Position numbers and translations under genes: made by a program. From NCBI GenBank assembly GCA_963789265.1, contig CAWBKB010000005.1, forward strand, positions 448,001 to 512,000: a stretch of DNA of 64,000 nucleotides, written 5' to 3'. This DNA is from an uncultured delta proteobacterium. Its GTDB lineage: Bacteria; Desulfobacterota; Desulfomonilia; Desulfomonilales; Desulfomonilaceae. Positions 27,777-36,557 of this stretch are shown piece by piece. A model generated the notes under the pieces. It made no database searches, was not told the DNA's origin, and saw nothing but the letters and a program-made list of their open reading frames with translations. The stretch's first letter is position 1. Every line of letters begins with the position of its first letter.

Positions 27777-29862
27777 CACAGCCCGAGCTGGAGGGAAATT
27801 CGCAGGATCCCACAGATCTTGCGAAATCTCACCCGTTTCCATTGTACCCGGCAAGTTCCGGGCCTTCAGGTATCTTCTTGCCACACTTGTAAGCCTGTCG
27901 ATCTGCGCTGCCAGCATCGAAAACGGGTTGAGTCCGCTGGTGTTGCTGGTGCTGCCGGTCGTGATTACGGCTCTTTTGCGGTCGGATTTCTCGCACCCGT
28001 TCTTTCTTTCGGAACTGACGATTACGATCCTCTTTCTGATCTATGTCCCCCTTTTTTGCCTGGGTATGCTTATTGCTAACGGAAACCTGTCTCTTCCTCT
28101 GTTTGTTGTCTACTTCACATTCGGAACTATATTGGCTAGAGTATTATCACCGCTAACAGACCGCAATGTGAGGCAATTGATCTTCTTGAGCATCGGGCTC
28201 ATCCTCATAAATTGCATACTTACCAACCACTTGGTCTTTGGGCTTATTCTCCCCTTTTATCTCTTCGCGCTCATGGGCACGCTTCTCTCATTCCATCTGG
28301 CCCGAAACTACGCCCCGTCGTATGACACCTTTGAACCCCCAAGTGGAGAAGGATTCAGGAACGGATGGTACACCAGCCTCGTCAAATATGTCATCTGCGC
28401 GGTTATGTTAACGGTAGTCATGTTCGTCATCCTGCCGAGGCCCTTTCTGACAATGCCGGGCTTTAGCGCAGCTTCGGCGCGGGGTGGAGGATTTGCGGAT
28501 CTGGAACAACAGATCACATACCAGGAAATGGCCAGGATGGCGGGTAGGCACAGAATCGCCTTTGTCGTAAACGTAGAAAGTGGCACCCTCCCTGAGGTGC
28601 CCTATTGGCGGGGTCGCGTGCTGGACAAAACCGACGGCCGGCGGTGGATCCCGTCTGGAGAAAACAAAGCGATGACCAGGCTGATTCATGCCGACACTTC
28701 TCAAAGCGTCCTCTATCGAGTGATCCCTTATCGGCTTCACTCCAAAGTGATTTATGTCTCCGGCCTGCCGGTGAAGGCCACAGGCCGTGGGGGCGGGCAG
28801 CTCTTTATAACTTCTGCAGGGGAGGTGATCGTTGATTCACCTTTCTTGTTTGCGAACTCATACATGGTACGGGCTGTCGATCGTCCGATCCCTGTGATGC
28901 CCGGGACGCGAGCAATCAATTTGGACCGAGCGGGTGTGACACAGCGGATAGAAAAGCTGACCAGGAAGTGGACCGCAGGCTTTTCCTCTCCCAGGGACCG
29001 GGCTGGGGTATTGGCGTCAAGGCTTAAGAGCGGATTCAAGTATCTTCTCCGAACACCGCCCCCACCAGCGAAGGTTCACCCCATCGAGTACTTTCTTTTC
29101 AAATCCCGTGCCGGCGATTGTGAGTACTTCGCGGGAGCACTCTGCTTGATGCTGAGATCCATCGGAATCCCTGCCCGTGTAGTTGAAGGTTTCATGGGCG
29201 CGGAGCGAACCAGCCTGCCCAATGAATTCATTGTCCGCTTTTCCGCCGCCCATGCCTGGGTGGAAGCAGCGCTGGATGACACCGGCTGGACAACGCTCGA
29301 CCCTACCCCCCCAGGGAGCGAATTGGCAGAGAATTATCTTTGGAGACTGGCGTCAGATCTCTATGATTCTCTGGATTACAAATGGACAAAGAACGTGATC
29401 TACTTTGATCGTTCAGATCAAGCCATGATCTTTGAAGCTTTCACAAAACTACTGTCCGCGCGGGTCTCTCTTCCTTTTGCAATCTCTCGAGTTTTAAAGT
29501 CGTACTTCCTGTCCATAATCATAGCCGCATGCGCTCTTTCGATCGCCGCTTTGATCATTTTCCTATTCCGCCGTAAGGAAGTTGGACTTTCCGAAGTCTA
29601 TCTGATGACCATGAGAGACCTGGTCAAGCACGGAATCCTGCGAGGTGTGCACCCCTGGCATGAGCAAAATGTCTCTGAGATAATTGAGAAATACCCTCCT
29701 CTCAAGGACCCGGTTCAGAAGTTTATGGATGATTACATGAGTGCAAGATTCGGCAAGGAAGAAAAGGTGTCGGCCGAGATCCTGAAAAAATCCCGCAAGG
29801 AACTGCTTGAGAGTGCAAGAGGTTTGGATCGGCCAAATGGTGGGCATCCCGTGGCTGATTGA
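27760..29862 (+). CDS. Membrane transglutaminase-like protein (DUF3488/TgpA type)
   Basis: N-terminal TM helices; YWRGRV, GDCEYFA, GIPARVVEGF, HAWVE, LDPTP catalytic triad motifs. Confidence 0.92.
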   Translation: MNVFPDTARAGGKFAGSHRSCEISPVSIVPGKFRAFRYLLATLVSLSICAASIENGLSPLVLLVLPVVITALLRSDFSHPFFLSELTITILFLIYVPLFCLGMLIANGNLSLPLFVVYFTFGTILARVLSPLTDRNVRQLIFLSIGLILINCILTNHLVFGLILPFYLFALMGTLLSFHLARNYAPSYDTFEPPSGEGFRNGWYTSLVKYVICAVMLTVVMFVILPRPFLTMPGFSAASARGGGFADLEQQITYQEMARMAGRHRIAFVVNVESGTLPEVPYWRGRVLDKTDGRRWIPSGENKAMTRLIHADTSQSVLYRVIPYRLHSKVIYVSGLPVKATGRGGGQLFITSAGEVIVDSPFLFANSYMVRAVDRPIPVMPGTRAINLDRAGVTQRIEKLTRKWTAGFSSPRDRAGVLASRLKSGFKYLLRTPPPPAKVHPIEYFLFKSRAGDCEYFAGALCLMLRSIGIPARVVEGFMGAERTSLPNEFIVRFSAAHAWVEAALDDTGWTTLDPTPPGSELAENYLWRLASDLYDSLDYKWTKNVIYFDRSDQAMIFEAFTKLLSARVSLPFAISRVLKSYFLSIIIAACALSIAALIIFLFRRKEVGLSEVYLMTMRDLVKHGILRGVHPWHEQNVSEIIEKYPPLKDPVQKFMDDYMSARFGKEEKVSAEILKKSRKELLESARGLDRPNGGHPVAD

Positions 29863-30357
29863 CCAATGCCGCAATTGACTTCGGAAAGATAGGCCACGCG
29901 GATTATAAGTTTGGCCGAACTTTTCATGCGCGCGGGAGGCCGGTTCCGTCAGCCTACAACTATTACGAAGATAAGTGTCGTGTTCACCAGCCACCAATTG
30001 AACAAGGATTGGTGCTTCAGTACCTGCGAAGAGATTCCCTGGTACGGCCCTTTGCGGGCAAGCGTCATCTTCACGGGAGACGCCCATCATTGCGTGTAAT
30101 TACGATAAGGCTGGCCTTGACTCTCCTGGTGTTCCGCACTCGGAAGTAAATCTGGATAAAAAACCGCGATAATTTCCATCATCTATTAACGACAAGCCCG
30201 AAAATTCGTCGAACTGAATGGGAACAAGAAGTGGGCTTGCGTGTCTATCACGAGCACATCTTCAATTACTACACTTCAATTCCAAGGGTAAAAAAACCGG
30301 TTAGAAAGATGGTTTGAGTCGTCAACTGACGTACTTCAGAACGAGAAAGGAGTAAAC

Positions 30358-30783
30358 TTGATTAGAAACTTCATGGTATTGGCAGCGGTTGCTTTTGCGG
30401 GCATACTCGCAGTAACGGTGCCGGTCGGTCCAGCCTGCGCAGCCCCGGCGAGTCCAGCCCCCACCAGTGCAAGCGCGTCAACAGACAACGTGGTCGGGAC
30501 TCAAAGCCAGGTGCCGGTTCAATTGGTCATGCGTGGTGGCGGTGGTGGCCATGGTGGTGGCGGCCATGCATTCGCTGGCCGTGGATTCAGTGGCCGTTCA
30601 TTCGGTGGCCGTTCATTCGCCGGTCGTGGATTTCGCGGTGGTCGGTTCTACGGTCGCCGGTTCTATGGCCGCCGGTTCTATGGCGGTGGGTTCTATGGGG
30701 GGATTTACAGCCCATATTACGGCGACTACGATAACGACTGCTATTGGGACGGGTACCAGTGGATATGTCCCGATGACTTCTGA
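30358..30783 (+). CDS. Exported Gly/Arg/aromatic low-complexity repeat protein
   Basis: SD AAGGAG with TTG; signal peptide; G-R-x-F-x pentapeptide repeats; acidic C-terminus with two Cys. Confidence 0.8.
   Translation: MIRNFMVLAAVAFAGILAVTVPVGPACAAPASPAPTSASASTDNVVGTQSQVPVQLVMRGGGGGHGGGGHAFAGRGFSGRSFGGRSFAGRGFRGGRFYGRRFYGRRFYGGGFYGGIYSPYYGDYDNDCYWDGYQWICPDDF
30562..30698 (+). repeat. Degenerate 15-nt coding tandem repeat (~9 units)
   Basis: GGCCGTTCATTCGGT / GGCCGCCGGTTCTAT-type units. Confidence 0.8.
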
Positions 30784-31040
30784 CCTGAACTGAAAAGCAT
30801 ACGGGGTTAATGAACTGAGAGGAAATTCACGAATGCTTGGAACTGCCGAGTGACCGCCCCACGGTTGAAATAGTAGATATTTCAGCCGTTACACAAGCTG
30901 CCCCGGTGTTCTTCTGAAAATCTTTTCTAGGACCATCAAAAGAATCCCTGGCAATCAGGCTGTGTGTATTGCGGAATGCACACAGCCTGATTTTTTTGCG
31001 TGACAGTTCGCCCTGCCAAAAGCGGACAAAATCGCTGGTT

Positions 31041-31207
31041 TATAGCCATTGCAAAAAGTAATGACCTGTTCACCGCTCGTCACCCCGGCGAAAGCCGGGG
31101 TCCAGTCCCGCGAGGAACGCGGGATTGAAAAGACTGGATTCCGGCCTCCGCCGGAATGACGGTGCCAGGCTATCTGCAATCGGACAGAACTTTTGGCAAT
31201 GGGTTTA
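31041..31207. mobile_element. MITE-like element carrying a CGTC REP doublet (31078-31161)
   Basis: Imperfect 19-bp TIR TATAGCCATTGCAAAAAGT / TAAACCCATTGCCAAAAGT. Confidence 0.65.
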
Positions 31208-31242
31208 GATTGCCCCATTGGAACAGTCCCGAATAGCCTGGG

Positions 31243-32391
31243 TTAAATTACTCCCTGTTGGACCAAAGAGGCCAAATCTCCAGCAGACAGGCCCAATTCT
31301 CCGAGGATTTCATGGGTGTGCTGACCCAAATTGGGTGCGGGTCGATCGTCCACCGCCGGCGAATGGGACAATCTGATGGGAGAGGACAGAAAACGGCGGC
31401 CGTCTGACGACTTGGTTATCATGTCACGGGCCTCGGCGAGGGGTGAGTCGACGGCCTCGTCGAGAGACAGGACGGGTTCGCAGCACGCGTCTGAATCTTT
31501 CAACAGTTCCACCCATTCGTCTCTCGTACGCGATGCGAAGATTTGCTGAATTTCAGCGACAAACTCTTTTGCGCCAAATTGCTCCGAAATGAGGTCCGTA
31601 CGGTTCACGGCCGTGCAAAAGTTTTTCCAGAATTTGAATTCAAGGGCCCCGAGCGACATATATTTTCCGTCACCGGTCCTATATAGTCCATAACAGGGGC
31701 AGCGCCCGGTTAAAATCATCTGCCCCGCCTCAGCACGCTCCAGGCCGGCTTGGACACCGCCGAAAACCATCGTTGCGAGAGATAACGCCCCATCGAACAT
31801 GGCCGCGTCCACAAATTGGCCTCGGCCTGTCTTTTCCCGTTGAATTATCGCTGCAAGCAGGCCGGACAAGGCCATGAGGCTTCCACCGGCCAGATCGGCA
31901 ATCTGGACTCCAGAAATCGCAGGGGTTCCTGCCCGAGTTCCGCTCATTCCAATTATCCCCGCTAGTGACAGATAGTTCACGTCGTGGCCGGCCCGAAGCC
32001 GAAAAGGACCGTCGTGGCCGTACCCGGTTATGGACACGTAAATCAAACGGGGATTGCGGGCACTGAGGATGTCAAAGTTGAGTCCTAGACGCTCCATGGT
32101 TCCGGGTCTGAATCCCTCGACCATGATATCGCAAACATCTACAAGTTTGAGGAAAAGTCTCTTTCCTTCGGGATGCTTGAGGTTCAGAGTCAGGCTCTTT
32201 TTATTGCGGTTGACTGCCGCGAAGAACGGAGAATCCTCGCCTCCACCGAGAGCACGAGCGTAGTCGCCGCCCGCGGGGTTTTCCACCTTGATGACTTCCG
32301 CCCCCAGGGAGGCAAGTAGCCATGTCATATAAGGACCCGGCAAGTTCATGCTTAGGTCCAGCACTTTGAGATCGGCAAGAGCCCGCAACAT
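31243..32391 (-). CDS. CaiB/BaiF CoA-transferase family III protein
   Basis: LPGPY, GAEVIKVE, NRNKKS, EGFRPG, GHDVNY, APNLGQHT. Confidence 0.95.
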   Translation of the reverse strand: MLRALADLKVLDLSMNLPGPYMTWLLASLGAEVIKVENPAGGDYARALGGGEDSPFFAAVNRNKKSLTLNLKHPEGKRLFLKLVDVCDIMVEGFRPGTMERLGLNFDILSARNPRLIYVSITGYGHDGPFRLRAGHDVNYLSLAGIIGMSGTRAGTPAISGVQIADLAGGSLMALSGLLAAIIQREKTGRGQFVDAAMFDGALSLATMVFGGVQAGLERAEAGQMILTGRCPCYGLYRTGDGKYMSLGALEFKFWKNFCTAVNRTDLISEQFGAKEFVAEIQQIFASRTRDEWVELLKDSDACCEPVLSLDEAVDSPLAEARDMITKSSDGRRFLSSPIRLSHSPAVDDRPAPNLGQHTHEILGELGLSAGDLASLVQQGVI

Positions 32392-32476
32392 TTTGGCCAC
32401 CATCATTCCAAATTTAGATTACATGCGCCCGATTCTACGCCATTTCAGGCCATTCGGCAAAGCAGATTCCGTTGAA

Positions 32477-33544
32477 TCATAGGTCAGGCGTGGAAAACGC
32501 AGTAAAGAGCGCCTCAACTAATATCTTCACCAGTCCGAAAAGTGTAGCGGCCCAAGCAATGAGGGCCACATAAATGAAATAGTGTGGGATTACTAATAAA
32601 GCATCCAAGCCGATCACTTTTGACAAGTGGGCGGTACACGTCGTGTACATCCCCAATGGGAACACGAGGCTCCAATATTGGGGGGTGTAAGACAGTTTCA
32701 CACCGCGAAACACGTGTCGCCAAAATTCCAATAAGACTAGAAGCGGTATCCACCAAGTTGCGAAAGCCCATAGGAGAACTGTTGAACCGACAATAAACGG
32801 CAGTATAGGTCCTAAAAGTTCCGATCCAAGAGCATTGGAAGCCAACACAGCCCCTGCGAGCGTACTGATCGCGGCAGCACCCATATTAATCCAGTACTGT
32901 GGATCAAACTCCTCCGGTTTCAAGGGAAAGAACATAAAGCGATGAAAAATTAGTGTGATAACAATCAAATACAGCATGCAGCCGATAAGATACATGCAAA
33001 ACGAAAAGAATAGAACTATTTTCTCCCAGCCGGCAAAGTACGAAACAATGCGGCCGCTTAATATGGATACCGACTGGGTGCTCACAATTGCAACCAGCCA
33101 CCCCCCGGTGATCCCGTCACCCAGGGTAGGCTTGTCAGCGCGGATCGCAAATGCTGTCATCACGGCATAGATAATGAGAACCCAGAGCCCCGCACCTATC
33201 ACCAAAAGCAGAGCCGCCAAATCTTGGTATCCCATCAAAAGGGTGAACTGCGTTCCAAGTATGCACGTTCCCGCGACCACGGTGAAATACCCCACGCCGC
33301 GCGTGTGGTCGTTCAGGTCAGCCACGAAACGTTCGGGGTAGAAAACCAGGCGGTAGAGATGGATCAGCCAAAGTACTATGTAAAATACGACGTTGAGCCA
33401 GAGCAACGGGAGTGAGAGGAACCCAAAACCGGTTAGATCCGAGGCAATCGAGACGATCCCGGTTGCCATAACCATGGCGAAATAGGCTGGGGGTAGATCG
33501 GCTATTACGGAGTTGAGATTCTCAGTCAATGCTGAATCGGGCAC
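32477..33544 (-). CDS. TDT family (TehA/SLAC1/C4-dicarboxylate) anion channel/transporter
   Basis: PAYFAMVMATGIVS, WINMGAAAISTLAG, YWSLVFPLGMY; about 10 TM segments. Confidence 0.9.
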   Translation of the reverse strand: MPDSALTENLNSVIADLPPAYFAMVMATGIVSIASDLTGFGFLSLPLLWLNVVFYIVLWLIHLYRLVFYPERFVADLNDHTRGVGYFTVVAGTCILGTQFTLLMGYQDLAALLLVIGAGLWVLIIYAVMTAFAIRADKPTLGDGITGGWLVAIVSTQSVSILSGRIVSYFAGWEKIVLFFSFCMYLIGCMLYLIVITLIFHRFMFFPLKPEEFDPQYWINMGAAAISTLAGAVLASNALGSELLGPILPFIVGSTVLLWAFATWWIPLLVLLEFWRHVFRGVKLSYTPQYWSLVFPLGMYTTCTAHLSKVIGLDALLVIPHYFIYVALIAWAATLFGLVKILVEALFTAFSTPDL

Positions 33545-33618
33545 ACGATACCTCTGCTGTCAGGCCGCCGTTACGCGACCTTTCAATCTGCACCTTACAG
33601 ATAAGGCCAATCGGCTGC

Positions 33619-34302
33619 TCACAAAAGTTGGGCTTCTCTTCGGCGGAAGACAATGAAACTGCGTGCCAAATACGGGATAGGTACACTCCAAATGTGCACC
33701 AAGCGGCTGAATGGCGAAAAACCTAACAGGGCGAGTGCGGCGAGTATATGAACCTTATATGTCCAGGGAACACTAGCCATCAGATTCGGGTCGGGAGTGA
33801 AGGTCACTATCCCGCGTATCCAGGGTGCGATTGTATACAAAACTTTTGTCCCGTAGCCTCCCCAGAGGGCGTTATAGAGACCTAGGCTAACAACTACGAA
33901 GAGAAGGAAAAGGGTTACGAAGTCGTTGACAGAGGTATGGAGCATGACTCGTTTTCTGGTCAAACGACGCCCCAGCAAAAGGATGAGGCCGACCCACGCC
34001 AGAGGTCCAATAACTATCCCCACGGCAATAGCGACAAATTCATGTATTTTTGCAGTGATGCCAAACATATCGAGGACGTGCTGCGGAGTCAAAAGACCTG
34101 TCAAGTGGCCTAGAAAGGTGATGATTATCCCCCAGTGGAAGATTGTGATCCCGTATTTTAAGCTGTCCTTATCTAGAAGCTCGCTGGATTTAGAGTTCCA
34201 GTTATAAGGATCCGTAAAATAGCGATACGGGTGCCCAAGAACGAATATGGTCAACGCAATGTAAGGAAACGCCACGAATGCCAAAACATTCAAAGTATCC
34301 AT
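33619..34302 (-). CDS. narI: Respiratory nitrate reductase gamma subunit (cytochrome b)
   Basis: FPYIAL, SKSSELL, FHWGI..GH, YKVH, PFSRLVHIWS. Confidence 0.95.
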   Translation of the reverse strand: MDTLNVLAFVAFPYIALTIFVLGHPYRYFTDPYNWNSKSSELLDKDSLKYGITIFHWGIIITFLGHLTGLLTPQHVLDMFGITAKIHEFVAIAVGIVIGPLAWVGLILLLGRRLTRKRVMLHTSVNDFVTLFLLFVVVSLGLYNALWGGYGTKVLYTIAPWIRGIVTFTPDPNLMASVPWTYKVHILAALALLGFSPFSRLVHIWSVPIPYLARSFIVFRRREAQLL

Positions 34303-34305
34303 ATC

Positions 34306-34836
34306 TTACTCTCCTTCGCCGGTTAGCTCTCGAGCCGTCATTAAAAGCGCTTCAACGAGCCCGGCATAGGAACACCCTTCCTGCTCCCCAAGCCGAGAGG
34401 CTAAGTCGGAAATGTGGGTTTCATATTGTGCGAGTATCTTGAAGCGGGTCTCGCTACTGCAAACAGACAAGAACTCAAGAATCAAAGGGAGATAGTCGGG
34501 CAATTCCTTGGTGGACAACTCATAGCCCGCATCTTTGTAAAGTTGGATCAAACGAACCAGGGCGAACCCCCGCTCCCTGGATTCTCCACATTCGTGAAAT
34601 GTCATATTAAGGCAGGTCGAGGGATTGAGATCGAAGAGCCTCGTATACTCTTCCTGCAACCCAAGTAAAGTTATTGGTTCGACGCATGCTAAAAAATCAT
34701 TGCATTTCGCTTTCACAACCGAGTTGGAAAATCTGCTGACAAGATCGCTCAGCTCCTGATGATCTTCTATGAGTCTCTCATCCGGATAGCTAAGCAAGGC
34801 CGAAAGGACTTTGAAAACGGAACGGGACTCTTCCAT
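34306..34836 (-). CDS. narJ: Nitrate reductase molybdenum cofactor assembly chaperone
   Basis: LLSYPD, LQEEYTRLFD, GESRERG, ELPDYLPLILEF. Confidence 0.92.
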   Translation of the reverse strand: MEESRSVFKVLSALLSYPDERLIEDHQELSDLVSRFSNSVVKAKCNDFLACVEPITLLGLQEEYTRLFDLNPSTCLNMTFHECGESRERGFALVRLIQLYKDAGYELSTKELPDYLPLILEFLSVCSSETRFKILAQYETHISDLASRLGEQEGCSYAGLVEALLMTARELTGEGE

Positions 34837-34887
34837 TGCTCCCGACTCATCCTCTCCAAAAGTAGTAATGGTGCAATCAGTCATTTG

Positions 34888-35076
34888 ACACCGATTCGCT
34901 TTCAAACAAGTGATATGGGCCGATAGCAAACGGCACTGACCTGGCGCCATGATGGCGCTCAGGTCAGTGGCACCCAACATCCGGTCAAGATCGGGTCCTG
35001 GGTGCCACGGATCTGGGCTCTGTCAGATCCGTGCTGTATTTCCTCGATTGTTCACCGTTTGATCGCGCACTGGTAT
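34888..35076. mobile_element. MITE-like element with strong internal hairpins between narH and narJ
   Basis: Imperfect TIR ACACCGATTCGCTTTCAAACAAGTGA / ATACCAGTGCGCGATCAAACGGTGA; 20 bp identical to 3393-3412; CACTGACCTG...CAGGTCAGTG hairpin. Confidence 0.6.
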
Positions 35077-35132
35077 GACACCTAATAACTTCGGTAGAGC
35101 AGCACGCGGCCGTCAATTTTGCCAAGGTTAAT

Positions 35133-36557
35133 TCACTGTTCAGGAAAACCCAATGTACCTTGTGCTCGATGCAGGTCTTCCGTATCTTCCCTTTTAACTG
35201 TAGGAATTACGTAGCGATCTTCGCGCTTTGCAATTGAAAGGAGGCGGAACATCTCGTCGGCCGACGCTGACGTCAGCCCTACTTCTTCCAGCACAGATAG
35301 GTCGGGATTACTTTCGACTCGAATGGAACGTCTGTACGCGCGCAGTGCCTGCAGCCTTTTGAGCGCCATTCTCACGGGAGCCTCATCTCCCGCTGTTAGC
35401 AGATTGGCCAGGTAAGTCACGGGAATTCGCATAGCATCAGGTTCCTGTGGCCAGGTCTTGGTTCCTTCCGAGGTTCGCACTAATGGGCTCAAGGGAGGTA
35501 CGTACCAGACCATGGGAAGCGTCCGAAATTCCGGATGAGGAGGGAACGCGAGCTTCCATTTCACTGCCAGTTTGTAAACGGGGGAAGCTTGAGCCGAGGC
35601 AATCCAACTTTCCTGAATTCCGTCCGATAGTGCAGTTCCTATGACATCCGGGTCGTATGGATCCAGCAGCATTTCCAGGTGCGCCTGATAAACCTGCCTA
35701 TCATCGGGCACAGCAGCGGCTGCCTTGATTTTGTCCGCATCGTACAATAGCACGCCGATGTACCTGATACGCCCGACGCACGACTCCGCGCATAGTGTCG
35801 GTAATCCCGCCTCTATTCTTGGGTAACAAAGGAGACATTTCTCTGATCTGCCCGCCCGCCAATTATAATAGACTTTTTTGTACGGGCATCCGGAAACACA
35901 ATAACGCCATCCCCGGCACCGCTCCTGATCCACGAGCACAATCCCATCTTCGTTTCGCTTGTAAAGCGCGCCCGACGGACATGAAGCTATGCAACCTGCA
36001 TTCAAGCAATGCTCACAGATCCTGGGAAGATAGAACATGAATACCTGCTTAAATTGGAGATAAGCCGCATAATCCAGGTTCTTGAAGTTCACGTCCCCGG
36101 GCCCGGTTTTCGTCACTCCGGCCAAATCATCCTCCCAGTTCGGACCCCAAACGATCTCCATGTTGTCGCCGGTGAGCAAAGATTTGGCTCGTGCTGCAGG
36201 CTGGTTTGAGCCTAACGGGCTGGAAACCAGCTTTTCGTAATCATAAGTCCAAGGCTCGTAGTAATCGTCGATATGCGGGAGATCAGGATTGTGGAATATT
36301 TTCACAAACTTCTCGAAGCGCTCACCGGCACGCAGGCGCAGCTTGCTATTTTTCACCTCCCAGCCGCCTCGATGAAGCTCCTGGTTCTCCCATTTCTTGG
36401 GGTAGCCAATGCCTGGCTTGCTCTCCACATTGTTGAACCACATATATTCTGTCCCGACACGGCTGGTCCACACATGCTTGCACGGAATACTGCACGTATG
36501 GCATCCAATGCATTTATCGAGGTTCATGACCATAGCCATCTGAGCTTTAATCTTCAT
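35133..36557 (-). CDS. narH: Respiratory nitrate reductase beta subunit
   Basis: NLDKCIGCHTCS, PRICEHC, CRGWRYC..CPYKK, KCLLCYPR, HPEFRTLPMVWY. Confidence 0.97.
   Translation of the reverse strand: MKIKAQMAMVMNLDKCIGCHTCSIPCKHVWTSRVGTEYMWFNNVESKPGIGYPKKWENQELHRGGWEVKNSKLRLRAGERFEKFVKIFHNPDLPHIDDYYEPWTYDYEKLVSSPLGSNQPAARAKSLLTGDNMEIVWGPNWEDDLAGVTKTGPGDVNFKNLDYAAYLQFKQVFMFYLPRICEHCLNAGCIASCPSGALYKRNEDGIVLVDQERCRGWRYCVSGCPYKKVYYNWRAGRSEKCLLCYPRIEAGLPTLCAESCVGRIRYIGVLLYDADKIKAAAAVPDDRQVYQAHLEMLLDPYDPDVIGTALSDGIQESWIASAQASPVYKLAVKWKLAFPPHPEFRTLPMVWYVPPLSPLVRTSEGTKTWPQEPDAMRIPVTYLANLLTAGDEAPVRMALKRLQALRAYRRSIRVESNPDLSVLEEVGLTSASADEMFRLLSIAKREDRYVIPTVKREDTEDLHRAQGTLGFPEQ

Noticed and set aside
29859..30149. 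Short ORFs after the transglutaminase gene
   Set aside because: No convincing SD or motifs; several competing frames
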